Below, piece by piece: positions 8,918 to 18,956 of a DNA stretch of 64,000 nucleotides. The notes beneath the pieces were generated by a model that was not told where the DNA came from, did not search any database, and worked only from the letters and a program-made list of their open reading frames with translations. This stretch comes from Candidatus Poriferihabitaceae bacterium (GTDB lineage: Bacteria > Pseudomonadota > Gammaproteobacteria > Arenicellales > Poriferihabitantaceae): positions 2,671,380-2,735,379 of the forward strand of contig OZ243931.1 in the NCBI GenBank assembly GCA_965214055.1. The letters run 5' to 3'. The position numbers and the translations under genes were made by a program. Position 1 is the first letter of the stretch, and each line of letters opens with the position of its first letter.

Positions 8918-9530
8918 ACCGACACAGATCGATTTGCTGCGCCATGGCGAGCACCAATTGGGGGATGTGATTTGTGGAGTTACCAACCCGCCGCTGACGG
9001 ACCGGGGAATGTCTCAACTCGAAACCCGGTGTCAAGGGCTCATTGAATCCGGGGTGCGGTGGGATGTTTGTATCAGCTCCCCACGAAGACGGTGTGCTGT
9101 TTTTGCAGAGCGGTTCAGCAAAAAGATCGACACTGATCTTGTTTTTGATTGGGGTTTCGCCGAAGTGGATTTTGGAGAATGGGAAGGGTTGTCTTTCCCG
9201 GAAATTCACGCCCGGTTCCCCGGGCAATGGCAGTCCTGGATGAGGGATCCCGATAAACCGGCTCCTCACCATGGCGAAAAATACCGTGATTTTCTGGATC
9301 GCGTACAAGTCGCCTGGGAACGGTTAATGGAATCCCATCGACAAAAAAACATATTGCTGATCAGTCATGGCGGCGTGATGCGAGCCATCTATACCACGGT
9401 TTTTGCACTGGGTCCGGAATCCTCCTTTCGCATCAACGTTCCCCATGCCTGCCATACCCGGATCATGGCCTACCACCACAGCGGACATTCCGACTGGTAC
9501 CAGTTCGACAGCCACAGTTCACATCCATGA
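8910..9530 (+). CDS. cobC: alpha-ribazole phosphatase (histidine phosphatase family)
   Basis: I placed the start at the internal ATG (MDKPTQIDLLRHGEH..), which gives the RHG catalytic motif near the N-terminus. It overlaps the cobT stop by 8 nt. ISHGGVMR motif later in the protein. Confidence 0.8.
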   Translation: MDKPTQIDLLRHGEHQLGDVICGVTNPPLTDRGMSQLETRCQGLIESGVRWDVCISSPRRRCAVFAERFSKKIDTDLVFDWGFAEVDFGEWEGLSFPEIHARFPGQWQSWMRDPDKPAPHHGEKYRDFLDRVQVAWERLMESHRQKNILLISHGGVMRAIYTTVFALGPESSFRINVPHACHTRIMAYHHSGHSDWYQFDSHSSHP

Positions 9531-10273
9531 ATATCCGTGGGCCGCTGGCGGCCATTCAGTTCCTGACCCGTTTGCCCGGGGGCAGACAGTTAAGCCATGA
9601 CGCCCGGCTGGCCGGTGAAGCGGTGGCCTGGTACCCGGTGGTTGGAATACTGATCGGACTGATCATCGCACTGAGTGCCTGGGTGCTGGATCGCTGGCTG
9701 GGTCTGCCGCCGGTTCTGGTCTCGGCGCTGTGCGTGGGAATCTGGATTGCCGTGACCGGCGCTCTTCATCTGGATGGTGTGGCCGATTGTGCGGATGCCT
9801 GGATGGGTGGACACGATCGGGAACGCATGATGGAGATACTGCAGGACACACACTGCGGGACCGGTGCTGTGGTGGCACTGATCCTGGTGATCGTCATCAA
9901 AATGGTGGCGGTTTCCGTACTGGTGGAGCAGGGGGCATGGTGGGCGTTGGTGATGACGCCCATGGTGGGGCGTATCCTGCTGACGGGGGTGCTTTTCGGT
10001 TTTCCCTATGTGCGCGAACAGGGATTGGGCCAGGGTCTCCGGGAACATCTGAATGTTCCAGCCATAAAGGTCGTCGCGGCCTTGTGTGCGGGGTCGCTGG
10101 TTCTGGTCTCGTTGTCTGGATTTTTTGTCGCATTGGCCGGGGCATCTGTTGCCATGGGGATGATCTATTTCCTGCTGATCAGGCCGCTGGGGGGAGCAAC
10201 CGGCGATGTGTACGGGGCAACCGTGGAATTGACAGAGCTGTTGATGCTCATCGGTTTGGCGATGATTGTATGA
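9527..10273 (+). CDS. cobS: adenosylcobinamide-GDP ribazoletransferase (cobalamin synthase)
   Basis: 248 aa, polytopic membrane protein. N-terminal AAIQFLTRLP and DGVADCADA motifs. ATGA overlap with cobC. Confidence 0.9.
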   Translation: MNIRGPLAAIQFLTRLPGGRQLSHDARLAGEAVAWYPVVGILIGLIIALSAWVLDRWLGLPPVLVSALCVGIWIAVTGALHLDGVADCADAWMGGHDRERMMEILQDTHCGTGAVVALILVIVIKMVAVSVLVEQGAWWALVMTPMVGRILLTGVLFGFPYVREQGLGQGLREHLNVPAIKVVAALCAGSLVLVSLSGFFVALAGASVAMGMIYFLLIRPLGGATGDVYGATVELTELLMLIGLAMIV

Positions 10274-10643
10274 GCCGCATCCAGCGCACCGGTCCATCAA
10301 CCCCCAACCTGGGCTAAAACAGGACGAGGCAACTCATTGTGCGTCCCGGAGAACAGGTTTTCGGTATTTGTCCGGCAGTTTCCGTTCCTCGTTGATTGTA
10401 GTCGGCATCATGTCCGCGCCAGGGACTCGCGGAGTTCCATCGACTGCTGACCACCCTGTGTGGCCCTGGCATCCCGCCAAACGTACGTTTGCTCCCCATT
10501 TTGGGGAACCCCTGGCCTTTCTGGAAAACCACTCCAAAGGTGAATCGCGCCTCAATATGTCCAGACTCGGTCATGTTTCATACTTTCAGCTGAATTTCTG
10601 TCTTCAAACCAGGACAAGCTGAGAGGTGGTCGGATCAGAGGGT

Positions 10644-11444
10644 TCAGTTCCAGCTTCTGTTTTCCAAAATTTCTGCAAAGCCTGTCATTTCCTTTGCCTG
10701 AACGGTCTCAACCCGGCTGACCGTGCTCTGCTCGACGGTAAAGAAATGAAGCTTTTGATGTATACATCCGGACGGACAATCCCCCCAGGCATTACGGGCG
10801 ATGACATACCAGGTTTCCTGTACCTTGGACAGGTCCATATCCGGTCCGTCTGTGAGATGTATATCGAGTTCAGCAAACTGCACACCCGGTATTTCCTGGT
10901 AGCCCCGGTACGCAGCATCCAGATTGACGGATTCATCAAATTTCAGGAGGACCACTCCCGTATTATGGAAAATCTGCAGATCAGACAGGCCGAGTTTTGC
11001 ATTCAGTGCGTCGAACTTTACATTCCCGGTAGGGGTTGTAGTGAGTTCATTTTCATTATCTTCAAGTTCTGTAACTGCCATCCACAGGTCTGAATCCAGA
11101 CCGAGAAGAAGCGTTCCGGGTGCATGAGAGCGTCGTGCGGAAATCTCCGCCATGGCCGGGTATGCGGTCCGCAGTTGCTCCAGGACCTGCCTGATCTCGT
11201 CAATGAGCCGGCTCCGGTCCACCGGGTCCAGAAACATGTCAGTGCTTTGCCGTTGCAGCATCTGCTCACCCAGTATGATGGCATCCTCATGCATATAGGA
11301 TTTCTGCATAACCAGCTTCCCACCCGCCGGATTTTCATCGGCATAGAGCATTTCTGTGGCTGACAGACCACGACCTGTCAGAACCAGGACAACTGTACAG
11401 AGGAGGGCGAACCAGTACACCTTATGTATTCTTTTCTGTGTCAT
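10644..11444 (-). CDS. hypothetical secreted protein (N-terminal signal/anchor sequence), no family recognised
   Basis: 266-aa ORF with hydrophobic N-terminus KVYWFALLCTVVLVLTGRGLSA. An AT-rich promoter-like region lies upstream (11445-11550). I see no recognisable motifs. Confidence 0.6.
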   Translation of the reverse strand: MTQKRIHKVYWFALLCTVVLVLTGRGLSATEMLYADENPAGGKLVMQKSYMHEDAIILGEQMLQRQSTDMFLDPVDRSRLIDEIRQVLEQLRTAYPAMAEISARRSHAPGTLLLGLDSDLWMAVTELEDNENELTTTPTGNVKFDALNAKLGLSDLQIFHNTGVVLLKFDESVNLDAAYRGYQEIPGVQFAELDIHLTDGPDMDLSKVQETWYVIARNAWGDCPSGCIHQKLHFFTVEQSTVSRVETVQAKEMTGFAEILENRSWN

Positions 11445-11553
11445 TGCTGCTATATGCTTCCTGAAAATATACCGGAATCCGCCTGTGTGATGAAAGTATA
11501 TTGCAACGAACTCTACTAAAGATCAGTATTACGCAATGATATTGTAGTATACC

Positions 11554-12296
11554 GTGGAAAGGCGTGTTTCTCCGGTGGGGTCGGATTCATTCAGGCTAAA
11601 ACGGAAGTGGACTTGTCCCCGATCTCCGCAACTATCCGAAAACTCCTGCTGGTGCTGGCCGGTACGCCAAATCTCTGGCCGCACTTGGGAAAGCCAATGC
11701 GTCGTTCTGGGACCGCAGCAAGAAATTGCCTTTGGGATGCTTGTCACCGGAAGAAGCTGCCAGGCACTTGTCATCCCGTTGCAGAAAGTGGGTATTTCTT
11801 TTGCCCCCGGTGTTCTCGGACACATCGTGGAGCAGACCCACTGTTATCCCTTTTTCATCCAGGTCTGGGGGGATTGTCTGGCCCAGCGGTTACAGCAGAC
11901 GGGGGGCGGATAATTGACATGGAGACAGTCAACGGGGTGACGGCGGCGGTGACAGATGAGCGCGATGCCATGTATCAGATCCGGTGAAATGAGATAGAAG
12001 AGGCGGAGTTGTTGTCCGTCGCTGAAAGCATCGCGAATGCGTTTGTGCGAGGTGACATGGTACATTTTCATGAACATAGTCTGAAGGAAGCGATTGCACA
12101 GGGGATGCCCGACGATGAACCGACCACAGATCAGCATGTCCGGGAAAAGTTAAAACAATTCTCTCATTTGGGTTATGTCTGGCAAGTGGGTGGTGTTTAT
12201 TACGAGCCTGGCATCCCGAGCCTGATGTCTTACGTCAATACTCTGGCACAGGTGAATGCTCCGCTATCGCTGGCTGAGCAAGCTGGAAAACGTTGA
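11554..12296 (+). pseudogene. remnant of an AAA/STAND-type ATP-binding protein (C-terminal part only, several frameshifts and an in-frame stop)
   Basis: Stitching the three plus frames gives a coherent sequence: ..LLLVLAGTPNLWPHLGK / ANASFWDRSKKLPLGMLSPEEAAR / ALVIPLQKVGISFAPGVLGHIVEQTHCYPFFIQVWGDCLAQRLQQTGG / RIIDMETVNGVTAAVTDERDAMYQIR * ..EIEEAELLSVAESIANAF... The YPFFIQVWG block resembles the GYPYFLQ motif of ORC/Cdc6-like AAA ATPase families. No Walker A region is present. Confidence 0.5.
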
Positions 12297-12774
12297 GTCA
12301 ACCAAAAAGCGCATGATGTTGATACCGAAATATGAGGGTTGGTTGCCTTGCGCCGGGCCACACCATTCACGCATTATAAAGTCTACGGAACACTTTTCTC
12401 CAATCCCCCCGCAAAACTGTCGTCGGATGCCGACCCTCTCGGAGGAGCGGATGGAATCCGGGGACGGAATTGGTTTTGGAGAAACCTGAAATTTTATTTA
12501 TCATGAAATCAATACATTGCATTTCCTCGTATTAAAGGTGGGTGAGCGGGGAGGCAGTGCACTGCCTGTAAAATCGGGACAGGTTTTGGGCGGTTTGACC
12601 CACAGACTACTGGCTTCGGGCCCGGCAAAAATCTTGTGGGGTGCAATTCTTAAATGGTAATGGTATAGTTTGGGTTTAATCAGTTTGAGGAACCCGGTGA
12701 CACCCTGTGCAGGGTGAAGCCAAACTTGTGCCGTTGTATTAACTAAATATAAACATCAATCTGGAGAAATTCAT

Positions 12775-14406
12775 ATGACAGATGAACTAAAGAACAAATC
12801 CGTGTTGGGTCAAACCTCGTTTGCGGATCTAACCGAGGGAGACAAGACCCTGATCGAAAAAGCCATCAAACGAGGGTATACCCGGCGGGAAGCGTTGAAA
12901 TTTATGATGGCAACCGGGGTGACCATGGCTGCCGCCCAGAATATTTTCACCACCGGCAAAGTGGCCATGGCGCAGACACCCAAGAAGGGAGGTTCTGTGC
13001 GGATGGCATCCAACCTGCACGGTCCGGATGATCAACTGGACCCTCCGCTGTTTACCTCTACCATTGACTATACCCGGGGTCGTGCGACGTACAACAGCAT
13101 GATTCAGCATTCCAATGAACTGATTCCACAGCCGGAGCTGGCCGAAACCTTTGAGCCGAATGCCGATGCCACCGAGTGGACGTTCAAAATCCGTCAGGGG
13201 GTTGAATTCCACGATGGAACACCTTTGACTGCGGATGACATCGTTTACAGTATGAATCGCCATCTGGGCGAGGAGTCCACATCGGTCATCAAGTCAGTAC
13301 TGGCTTCCGTATCGGAATGGAAGAAGATGGGTAGTCATGAAGTCAAGGCGACTCTGAACACGCCCAACGCGGACCTGCCCACTCTGCTCGGCCTGTTCCA
13401 AACCAAGATCGTCAAGAATGAAACCACGGGGGATGGGGTTGGTACGGGTCCGTTCACCCTGGAAACGTTTGAGCCAGGTGTGAAGTCAGTCCATAAGCGC
13501 AACGAAAACTACTGGCGTGAAGGGGCGAACCTGGATGTCATTGAAATTACGGCGATTACGGACCCCGTTGCCCGGGTCAATGCATTGCTGGCAGGCGATA
13601 TCCAACTGGCCACGTCCATCGACCCGAAATCATTTCGGCAGGTTGAGGAAGCCAGTGGTGTGACCCTGCTTTCCACCCCTGCGGCGCTGCAACTGGGGAT
13701 TTGTTGCCTGAAGAATGCTGAACCCGGCAGCAATGACGATTTTGTGAAAGGAATGCAATACATTCAGGATCGGGAACGGATCGTCGACAGAGTGCTGAAA
13801 AACAAGGGGTCCATCGGCAACGACACGCCGATTATGGCTGCTCACGGCCCGGATTTCTGCTCGGAACTGCCCCAGCGACCGTTTGACCCGGACAAGGCGA
13901 AGTTTCATTTTGAACAATCCGGATACAGTTCTGCGGAACTGTATGTTGCCCCCGTGACGCCAGGAATTGAAGATGTCTGTCTGCTTGCTCAGGCCAACTG
14001 TGCGAAAATCGGTTTTGATCTTCAAATAAAGAAAGTGCCAACGGATGGGTATTGGGGAGCAATCTGGATGAATGAGCCACTCAATGTGGTTACGTGGAAC
14101 ATGCGGCCTACTGCCAACTCCCAAATGGCGATCCAGTTCGGACCGGGTGCCGCCTGGAATGACACCTACTGGAACAATGACCGAATGGGAGAACTGTTGT
14201 CTTCTTCCCTGGCGGAAACCGATCCGGTCAAGCGTCACAACATGTATTGCGAAATGCAGACCCTGATCCATGAAGGCAGTGGAATGGTGATTCCCGCATT
14301 TTCCAATATCAACGATGGTATCGCGGACAATGTGATGAACATGCCCACGGTTCCACTGGGGCAGCTGGGTGCCTGTGAGTGGCCTGAATTTATCTGGCTG
14401 GCGTAA
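12775..14406 (+). CDS. ABC transporter substrate-binding protein, family 5 (peptide/nickel/glutathione type), Tat-type signal
   Basis: 543 aa. RREALKFMMATGVTMAAAQ resembles a twin-arginine signal. Length and sequence fit DppA/OppA/GsiB-like binding proteins. It is followed by two permeases and a fused ATPase. Confidence 0.9.
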   Translation: MTDELKNKSVLGQTSFADLTEGDKTLIEKAIKRGYTRREALKFMMATGVTMAAAQNIFTTGKVAMAQTPKKGGSVRMASNLHGPDDQLDPPLFTSTIDYTRGRATYNSMIQHSNELIPQPELAETFEPNADATEWTFKIRQGVEFHDGTPLTADDIVYSMNRHLGEESTSVIKSVLASVSEWKKMGSHEVKATLNTPNADLPTLLGLFQTKIVKNETTGDGVGTGPFTLETFEPGVKSVHKRNENYWREGANLDVIEITAITDPVARVNALLAGDIQLATSIDPKSFRQVEEASGVTLLSTPAALQLGICCLKNAEPGSNDDFVKGMQYIQDRERIVDRVLKNKGSIGNDTPIMAAHGPDFCSELPQRPFDPDKAKFHFEQSGYSSAELYVAPVTPGIEDVCLLAQANCAKIGFDLQIKKVPTDGYWGAIWMNEPLNVVTWNMRPTANSQMAIQFGPGAAWNDTYWNNDRMGELLSSSLAETDPVKRHNMYCEMQTLIHEGSGMVIPAFSNINDGIADNVMNMPTVPLGQLGACEWPEFIWLA

Positions 14407-14445
14407 CGCTCACGCAGATAGATAGCAACAGGTTCGTTTCCGATT

Positions 14446-14488
14446 ATGGTCCGCATGAAGAGACTTTGTGCGGACCATTTTTGTTTTT
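14446..14488 (+). terminator. intra-operon rho-independent terminator/attenuator after the binding-protein gene
   Basis: ATGGTCCGCA (14446-14455) pairs perfectly with TGCGGACCAT (14469-14478). This stem is followed by TTTTGTTTTT. Confidence 0.6.
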
Positions 14489-14560
14489 ACCCGAACAAAT
14501 AGAATCCCCCCGGGGGGGTAAGAAAATGACAGATAGTCTCCACACCAGAGGACTTTGCTT

Positions 14561-15511
14561 ATGATGACACAAATGGTTTTACGCCGGATTGCGATCGGTT
14601 TTGCCACATTAATTGTGGTCTCCATCATCGTTTTCCTGGCCACCAGCATCCTTCCCGGGGATGTTGCACAGATTATTCTTGGCCAGAGTGCGACACCTGA
14701 AACCCTGGCCGCACTGCGTGCTGAACTCGGCATGGATCAACCCGGTTATGTCCGGTATTTTTCCTGGCTCGGTAACATGGCAATCGGAGATCTTGGGATA
14801 TCGAAAGCGGGTGGAGCAACCATCTCCAGTCTGATCGGTGGTCGCATGGGAAATACCATGGTGATGGCCGGTCTGGTCGCCTTGATCTCGATCCCGATTT
14901 CCATTGCCCTGGGATTGTGGGCGGCCATGCACCCTGGAACCTGGCTGGACCGTATTGTCACCTTCGGCACGATGTGCACGATTTCGGTACCGGAGTTTTT
15001 CATTGCGACGATTCTGGTGCTCATCCTGGCGGTGGAATTGCACTGGTTGCCATCAACGGCCTACCTGACCGGCAATGAATCATTTATGGAACTGTTGAGA
15101 GCCCTGGCCATGCCGCTGCTGACCCTGGTGATTGTGGTTTCTGCACAAATGATCAGAATGACCCGGGCAGGGATTCTCAATGTGATGAGTTCGCCCTACA
15201 TCGAAATGGCCATATTGAAAGGGGTGCCCAGGAGAAGAATCATTCTTCGTCATGCCTTTTTCAACGCCATCGGCCCCATTGTCAATGTCATCGCATTGAA
15301 CCTCGCGTACCTGGTGAGTGGCGTGGTGATTGTGGAAACCATCTTTGCCTACCCGGGTCTGGCGAAATTGATGATTGATGGCGTACAGACCCGTGACCTT
15401 CCGCTGGTGCAGGCCTGCGCAATGATATTCTGCGGTACGTATGTGCTGCTGATTTTGCTGGCTGATATTGCTTCGATCCTTTCAAATCCACGCCTCCGGC
15501 AACCTAAATAA
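14561..15511 (+). CDS. ABC transporter permease (DppB/OppB/GsiC-like)
   Basis: Polytopic membrane protein in the BPD_transp_1 style, with N-terminus VLRRIAIGFATLIVVSIIVFL. I chose the ATG at 14561; the ORF track begins at the TTG at 14555. Confidence 0.9.
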   Translation: MMTQMVLRRIAIGFATLIVVSIIVFLATSILPGDVAQIILGQSATPETLAALRAELGMDQPGYVRYFSWLGNMAIGDLGISKAGGATISSLIGGRMGNTMVMAGLVALISIPISIALGLWAAMHPGTWLDRIVTFGTMCTISVPEFFIATILVLILAVELHWLPSTAYLTGNESFMELLRALAMPLLTLVIVVSAQMIRMTRAGILNVMSSPYIEMAILKGVPRRRIILRHAFFNAIGPIVNVIALNLAYLVSGVVIVETIFAYPGLAKLMIDGVQTRDLPLVQACAMIFCGTYVLLILLADIASILSNPRLRQPK

Positions 15512-15528
15512 TTCGGGAGGAGATACTG

Positions 15529-16437
15529 ATGACTGAAGAAAACAAAACAAAAGAAGAAGAAGTAATCGCCCAGCTCGATACGTTCGATGAATTGCCCGAT
15601 GCGCCCCCCAAACGCAGAATCAAGCTCTCTTTGGTGGGGAAGATTTCGGTGGCTATCGTGGCCTTCTGGCTGGTGATCTGTTTCATAGGTCCGTCGATTG
15701 CACCCTATCATGAGATGGATATGGAGGGAGATGACAGTTTCCTGGATGCCTATGATAATTTTTACCTGGGTACGGATTATCTGGGCCGGGATACCTTGTC
15801 CAGAATCATTTATGGGGCTCGAAACACCATTGGAATATCCCTTGCCTCGACTTTTCTGGCCTACCTGATGGGAATTACCCTGGGCATACTGGCTGCTGTG
15901 AAAGGAGGGTGGATCGACATGGGCATTAGCCGGGTGAACGATGCCATCCTTGCGCTACCGACGATCATGCTGGGCTTGATCGTGATTGCGGCGCTGGGGT
16001 CATCCATCGCCATATTGGTGGGGACCGCGGCGGTGATCTACGCTACCAGTGTCTTTCGCATTGCCCGGGCCCTGGGCCAGGATATTATGGTGCAGGATTT
16101 TGTCGAAGCGGCGAAGGCACGGGGGGAAGGGGTCTGGTGGATCATCCGGGCTGAAGTGTTGCCGAATGCCGCCATGCCGCTGGCGACGGATTTTGGTTTG
16201 CGTCTCGTCTTTGTGGTCCTGTTCATTTCCAGCCTGAGCTTTTTGGGTCTTGGGGTCCAACCCCCTGCGTCGGACTGGGGAAGCATGGTGCGGGAAAACC
16301 TGCAGGGGCTGACCTATGGGTCCTGGGCGGCCATCTGGCCGGCCTTTGCCATTGCAACATTCACCATCGCGATCAACCTGATTGTGGATGATGTTTCCGC
16401 GAAGTCCGGCGGCAGTCTAGCTAAAAAAATGGTGTAG
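15529..16437 (+). CDS. ABC transporter permease (DppC/OppC/GsiD-like)
   Basis: 302 aa, preceded by a GGGAGGAG Shine-Dalgarno sequence. Membrane protein with an LGTDYLGRD motif typical of DppC-type permeases. Confidence 0.9.
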   Translation: MTEENKTKEEEVIAQLDTFDELPDAPPKRRIKLSLVGKISVAIVAFWLVICFIGPSIAPYHEMDMEGDDSFLDAYDNFYLGTDYLGRDTLSRIIYGARNTIGISLASTFLAYLMGITLGILAAVKGGWIDMGISRVNDAILALPTIMLGLIVIAALGSSIAILVGTAAVIYATSVFRIARALGQDIMVQDFVEAAKARGEGVWWIIRAEVLPNAAMPLATDFGLRLVFVVLFISSLSFLGLGVQPPASDWGSMVRENLQGLTYGSWAAIWPAFAIATFTIAINLIVDDVSAKSGGSLAKKMV

Positions 16438-16441
16438 AACG

Positions 16442-18337
16442 ATGGAAAAAGAAAAACTTTTTGAAATTAAAGATCTCAGAATCAGCGCCTACAATGAACA
16501 GAAGGAAGAAATCCGGATCGTCAAGGGCGTTACTTTTGACATTCACAAGGGGGAAGTCGTTGCCCTGATCGGCGAATCCGGTTCGGGAAAGACAACCATC
16601 TCCCTGGGGTCGCTGGCCTATACCAAGCCCGGGCTGCATTTCACGGGAGGCGAAGTCCTGTTACACGGAAAAGATGTATTGTCCATGTCGCCCATTGAGC
16701 AACGGGAATTGCGTGGTGCCCGGGTGGCTTATCTTGCGCAAAGTGCCGCGGCGACCTTCAACCCGGCTATCACCATTGGCGAGCAGGTGACCGAATCCGC
16801 GGTGTTGCATGGTGTTTTGAACCAGGAGGAGGCGACGAAACGTGCGGTTGAGTTGTATCACGCGCTGGAATTGCCGGATCCGGACCGGATCGGGTTTCGT
16901 TATCCCCATCAGGTCTCCGGCGGACAGTTGCAACGGCTCATGGCGGCCATGGCATTGTGTGGCAATCCAGACCTTATGGTACTGGACGAACCCACCACTG
17001 CGCTGGATGTGACCACCCAGATCGAAGTTCTCAAGGCATTCAAGAAAGTCATCCGGGAAGAAAATTCTGCAGCCATTTATGTCACCCATGACCTGGCGGT
17101 GGTGGCCCAGGTGGCTGATCACATCGTCGTGCTGTATAGCGGTGAGATCATGGAGCAGGGGTCGGTGGACCAGATCATCAATCACCCCACCCACGCCTAT
17201 ACCAAGCGACTGATGGCGGCGGTTCGTCCGACGCCCACCGCAGGGATGGGGACGGAAGTCGGCAGTGAACATGACCGCCACTTGCCGGCGATTGAAGTCA
17301 AGGACATGACGGCGGGCTATGGTGGAATCATCAACAACGAGCCCAAAGTGCCCATTCTTCGTGATGTGAGTGTCAAAGTTGAAAATGCCCATGTGGTCGG
17401 GGTGATCGGGGAATCGGGATGTGGAAAATCCACGCTGGCCCGGGTCATGGCAGGCCTGCTTCCCCAGGCAAGGGGTGATGTGCTGCTGGATGGGGAAGAC
17501 CTGGAGGGAAGTCTGCATGACCGAAGTCTGGAAGAACTCCAGAAGATCCAGTTCGTTTTCCAGATGGCGGATACGGCGTTAAATCCGAAACAGGTCATTG
17601 GCGATATCATTGGCCGGCCGCTGGAGTTTTATCACGGTTACAAGGGAAAAGAGAAACACGCCAAGGTGGTGGAGATACTGGACATGGTGGAACTGCCGGC
17701 AGAATTTGCCACCCGTTATCCCATGGAGCTTTCCGGCGGCCAGAAACAGCGTATCAACATGGCTCGCTCACTGGCTGCGAACCCGGAAGTGATGTTATGC
17801 GACGAGGTTACCTCAGCGCTGGATTCCATCGTCGGCGCCAATGTAATCAAGTTATTGACTGCGCTTCGGGATAAAACCGGTGTGTCGTTTGTGTTTATCA
17901 GTCATGACCTCTCTACCGTCGCGTCCTTTGCGGATGAAATTGTGGTGCTTTATGCGGGCCGTGTGGTAGAACAGGGTCCCACGGACGAAGTGTTGACTCC
18001 CCCGTTTCACCCTTATACCCGGTTGTTGATCAGTTCGGTGCCAGAGATGCGGATCGGCTGGCTGGAAGATACGATGACCAAGCGGGAAATGGCGGTTGGG
18101 ATCGCCAAGGGGGTCGAAATCACCAAGATCGGATGCCCGTTCTTTAACCGGTGCCCGATGGGCATTGATGGGACCTGTGAATCAGAAAGCCCCCCGATAC
18201 GGGTATTGGACGATGGCCATGAAATTGCCTGCCACCGTACGATAGATGAACTGAAAGCAGCCGAAGCCGAAACCCAGCAAATCCTGCACGGGTATGAAAA
18301 GATCGGTGAGGATAAACAATTGCCCGCAGCGGGATAA
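16442..18337 (+). CDS. fused double ATP-binding-cassette ATPase of the peptide-type ABC importer (GsiA-like)
   Basis: 631 aa. Two Walker A motifs (GESGSGKTT, GESGCGKST), two signature motifs (VSGGQLQR, LSGGQKQR), and two Walker B motifs (LMVLDEPT, VMLCDEVT). Confidence 0.9.
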   Translation: MEKEKLFEIKDLRISAYNEQKEEIRIVKGVTFDIHKGEVVALIGESGSGKTTISLGSLAYTKPGLHFTGGEVLLHGKDVLSMSPIEQRELRGARVAYLAQSAAATFNPAITIGEQVTESAVLHGVLNQEEATKRAVELYHALELPDPDRIGFRYPHQVSGGQLQRLMAAMALCGNPDLMVLDEPTTALDVTTQIEVLKAFKKVIREENSAAIYVTHDLAVVAQVADHIVVLYSGEIMEQGSVDQIINHPTHAYTKRLMAAVRPTPTAGMGTEVGSEHDRHLPAIEVKDMTAGYGGIINNEPKVPILRDVSVKVENAHVVGVIGESGCGKSTLARVMAGLLPQARGDVLLDGEDLEGSLHDRSLEELQKIQFVFQMADTALNPKQVIGDIIGRPLEFYHGYKGKEKHAKVVEILDMVELPAEFATRYPMELSGGQKQRINMARSLAANPEVMLCDEVTSALDSIVGANVIKLLTALRDKTGVSFVFISHDLSTVASFADEIVVLYAGRVVEQGPTDEVLTPPFHPYTRLLISSVPEMRIGWLEDTMTKREMAVGIAKGVEITKIGCPFFNRCPMGIDGTCESESPPIRVLDDGHEIACHRTIDELKAAEAETQQILHGYEKIGEDKQLPAAG

Positions 18338-18670
18338 AAACCGGGAGATCCGCTGAATAACCCCTGTGTGAACTGGGAGAGGGGGCGATAAATCTGCCGA
18401 GTAGCGGTGGTTTACGAACGTTTCTCTGAATCCAGGAGCACACTGCCCGAATGGGGCAGTGGATGGATATGAAAGCGTGTCGCGGCGAAGTCCGGTTTCT
18501 GGAAGAAGAGAGTGCTTCTCGAATCAGCGGCGTTTGTTCCCCTGTGGATAAAGCCTGCGGAAGACAGGAACCCGGGATCGTCTGGTTTCTGGTCCCGCCG
18601 GTGCTGACAACAGGAAGGGGGGCACTGCCCTGTACCCATGTGTTCCTGACCATTCGATGGTTTGGAGTTT

Positions 18671-18805
18671 TCATTGCCGCCTGAAACCATGAGTCATGGA
18701 ATACCGCTCCGTCAAGGTGTGTTGGGATATGGTTTGACCAGACAGGTTTTTCAGTTGCTCGAATGACGGCATGAATCTTCCCGTTGCGCGGTTATTTGTA
18801 CAGTA
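18671..18805 (-). pseudogene. tyrosine recombinase/integrase C-terminal remnant
   Basis: The minus-strand translation ..AYCTNNRATGRFMPSFEQLKNLSGQTISQHTLTERYSMTH* resembles the conserved integrase C-terminus (..ATxLxxxGxxxxxIQxLLGHxSIxxTxRYxH) including the catalytic-Tyr RY. Only about 45 codons are left. Confidence 0.35.
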
Positions 18806-18956
18806 TGCCTTCTTCTTCGGTTCCCGGTCCTCCCTCTGTGAGCACCGCCTGGTAACTACCATAAATACCCGTTTATGTTAGTTACCTCCTTACAAGTTTT
18901 ATATGTGGTCGCTAAATTCTTTTTACTGACCAAAATATTGAACTCTTTAGTAAGAC

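Noticed and set aside
6801-10300. Series of long minus-strand ORFs (6801-7703, 7544-8224, 8697-9308, 9590-10300)
   Set aside because: All are antisense to the cbiX-cobUTCS genes and have Arg/Pro/Gly/His-rich junk composition. They are a by-product of GC-rich codon usage.
10314-10574. 86-aa minus ORF (MTESGHIEARFTFGVVFQKG..) after cobS
   Set aside because: I could not match it to any family. It is overlapped by equally long ORFs in other frames, and its composition becomes Arg/Ser/Pro/Gly-rich after about 30 residues. It is kept only as part of the unassigned-region finding.
12545-12580. NiCo (czcD-type) riboswitch, suggested by the GGCAGTGC and GGGACAG strings
   Set aside because: I cannot reconstruct the four-way junction. 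NiCo elements control exporters, not family-5 importers. The similarity is limited to short strings, so it is reported only as an unclassified structured leader.
18383-18690. Possible tmRNA or tRNA at the island boundary (segment begins GGGGGCGATAAATCTGCC and ends ..GCCGCCTGAAACCA)
   Set aside because: There is no T-arm (GGTTCGAnTCC), no tag-peptide reading frame ending in a typical ANDENYALAA-like sequence, and no acceptor-stem pairing between the ends.
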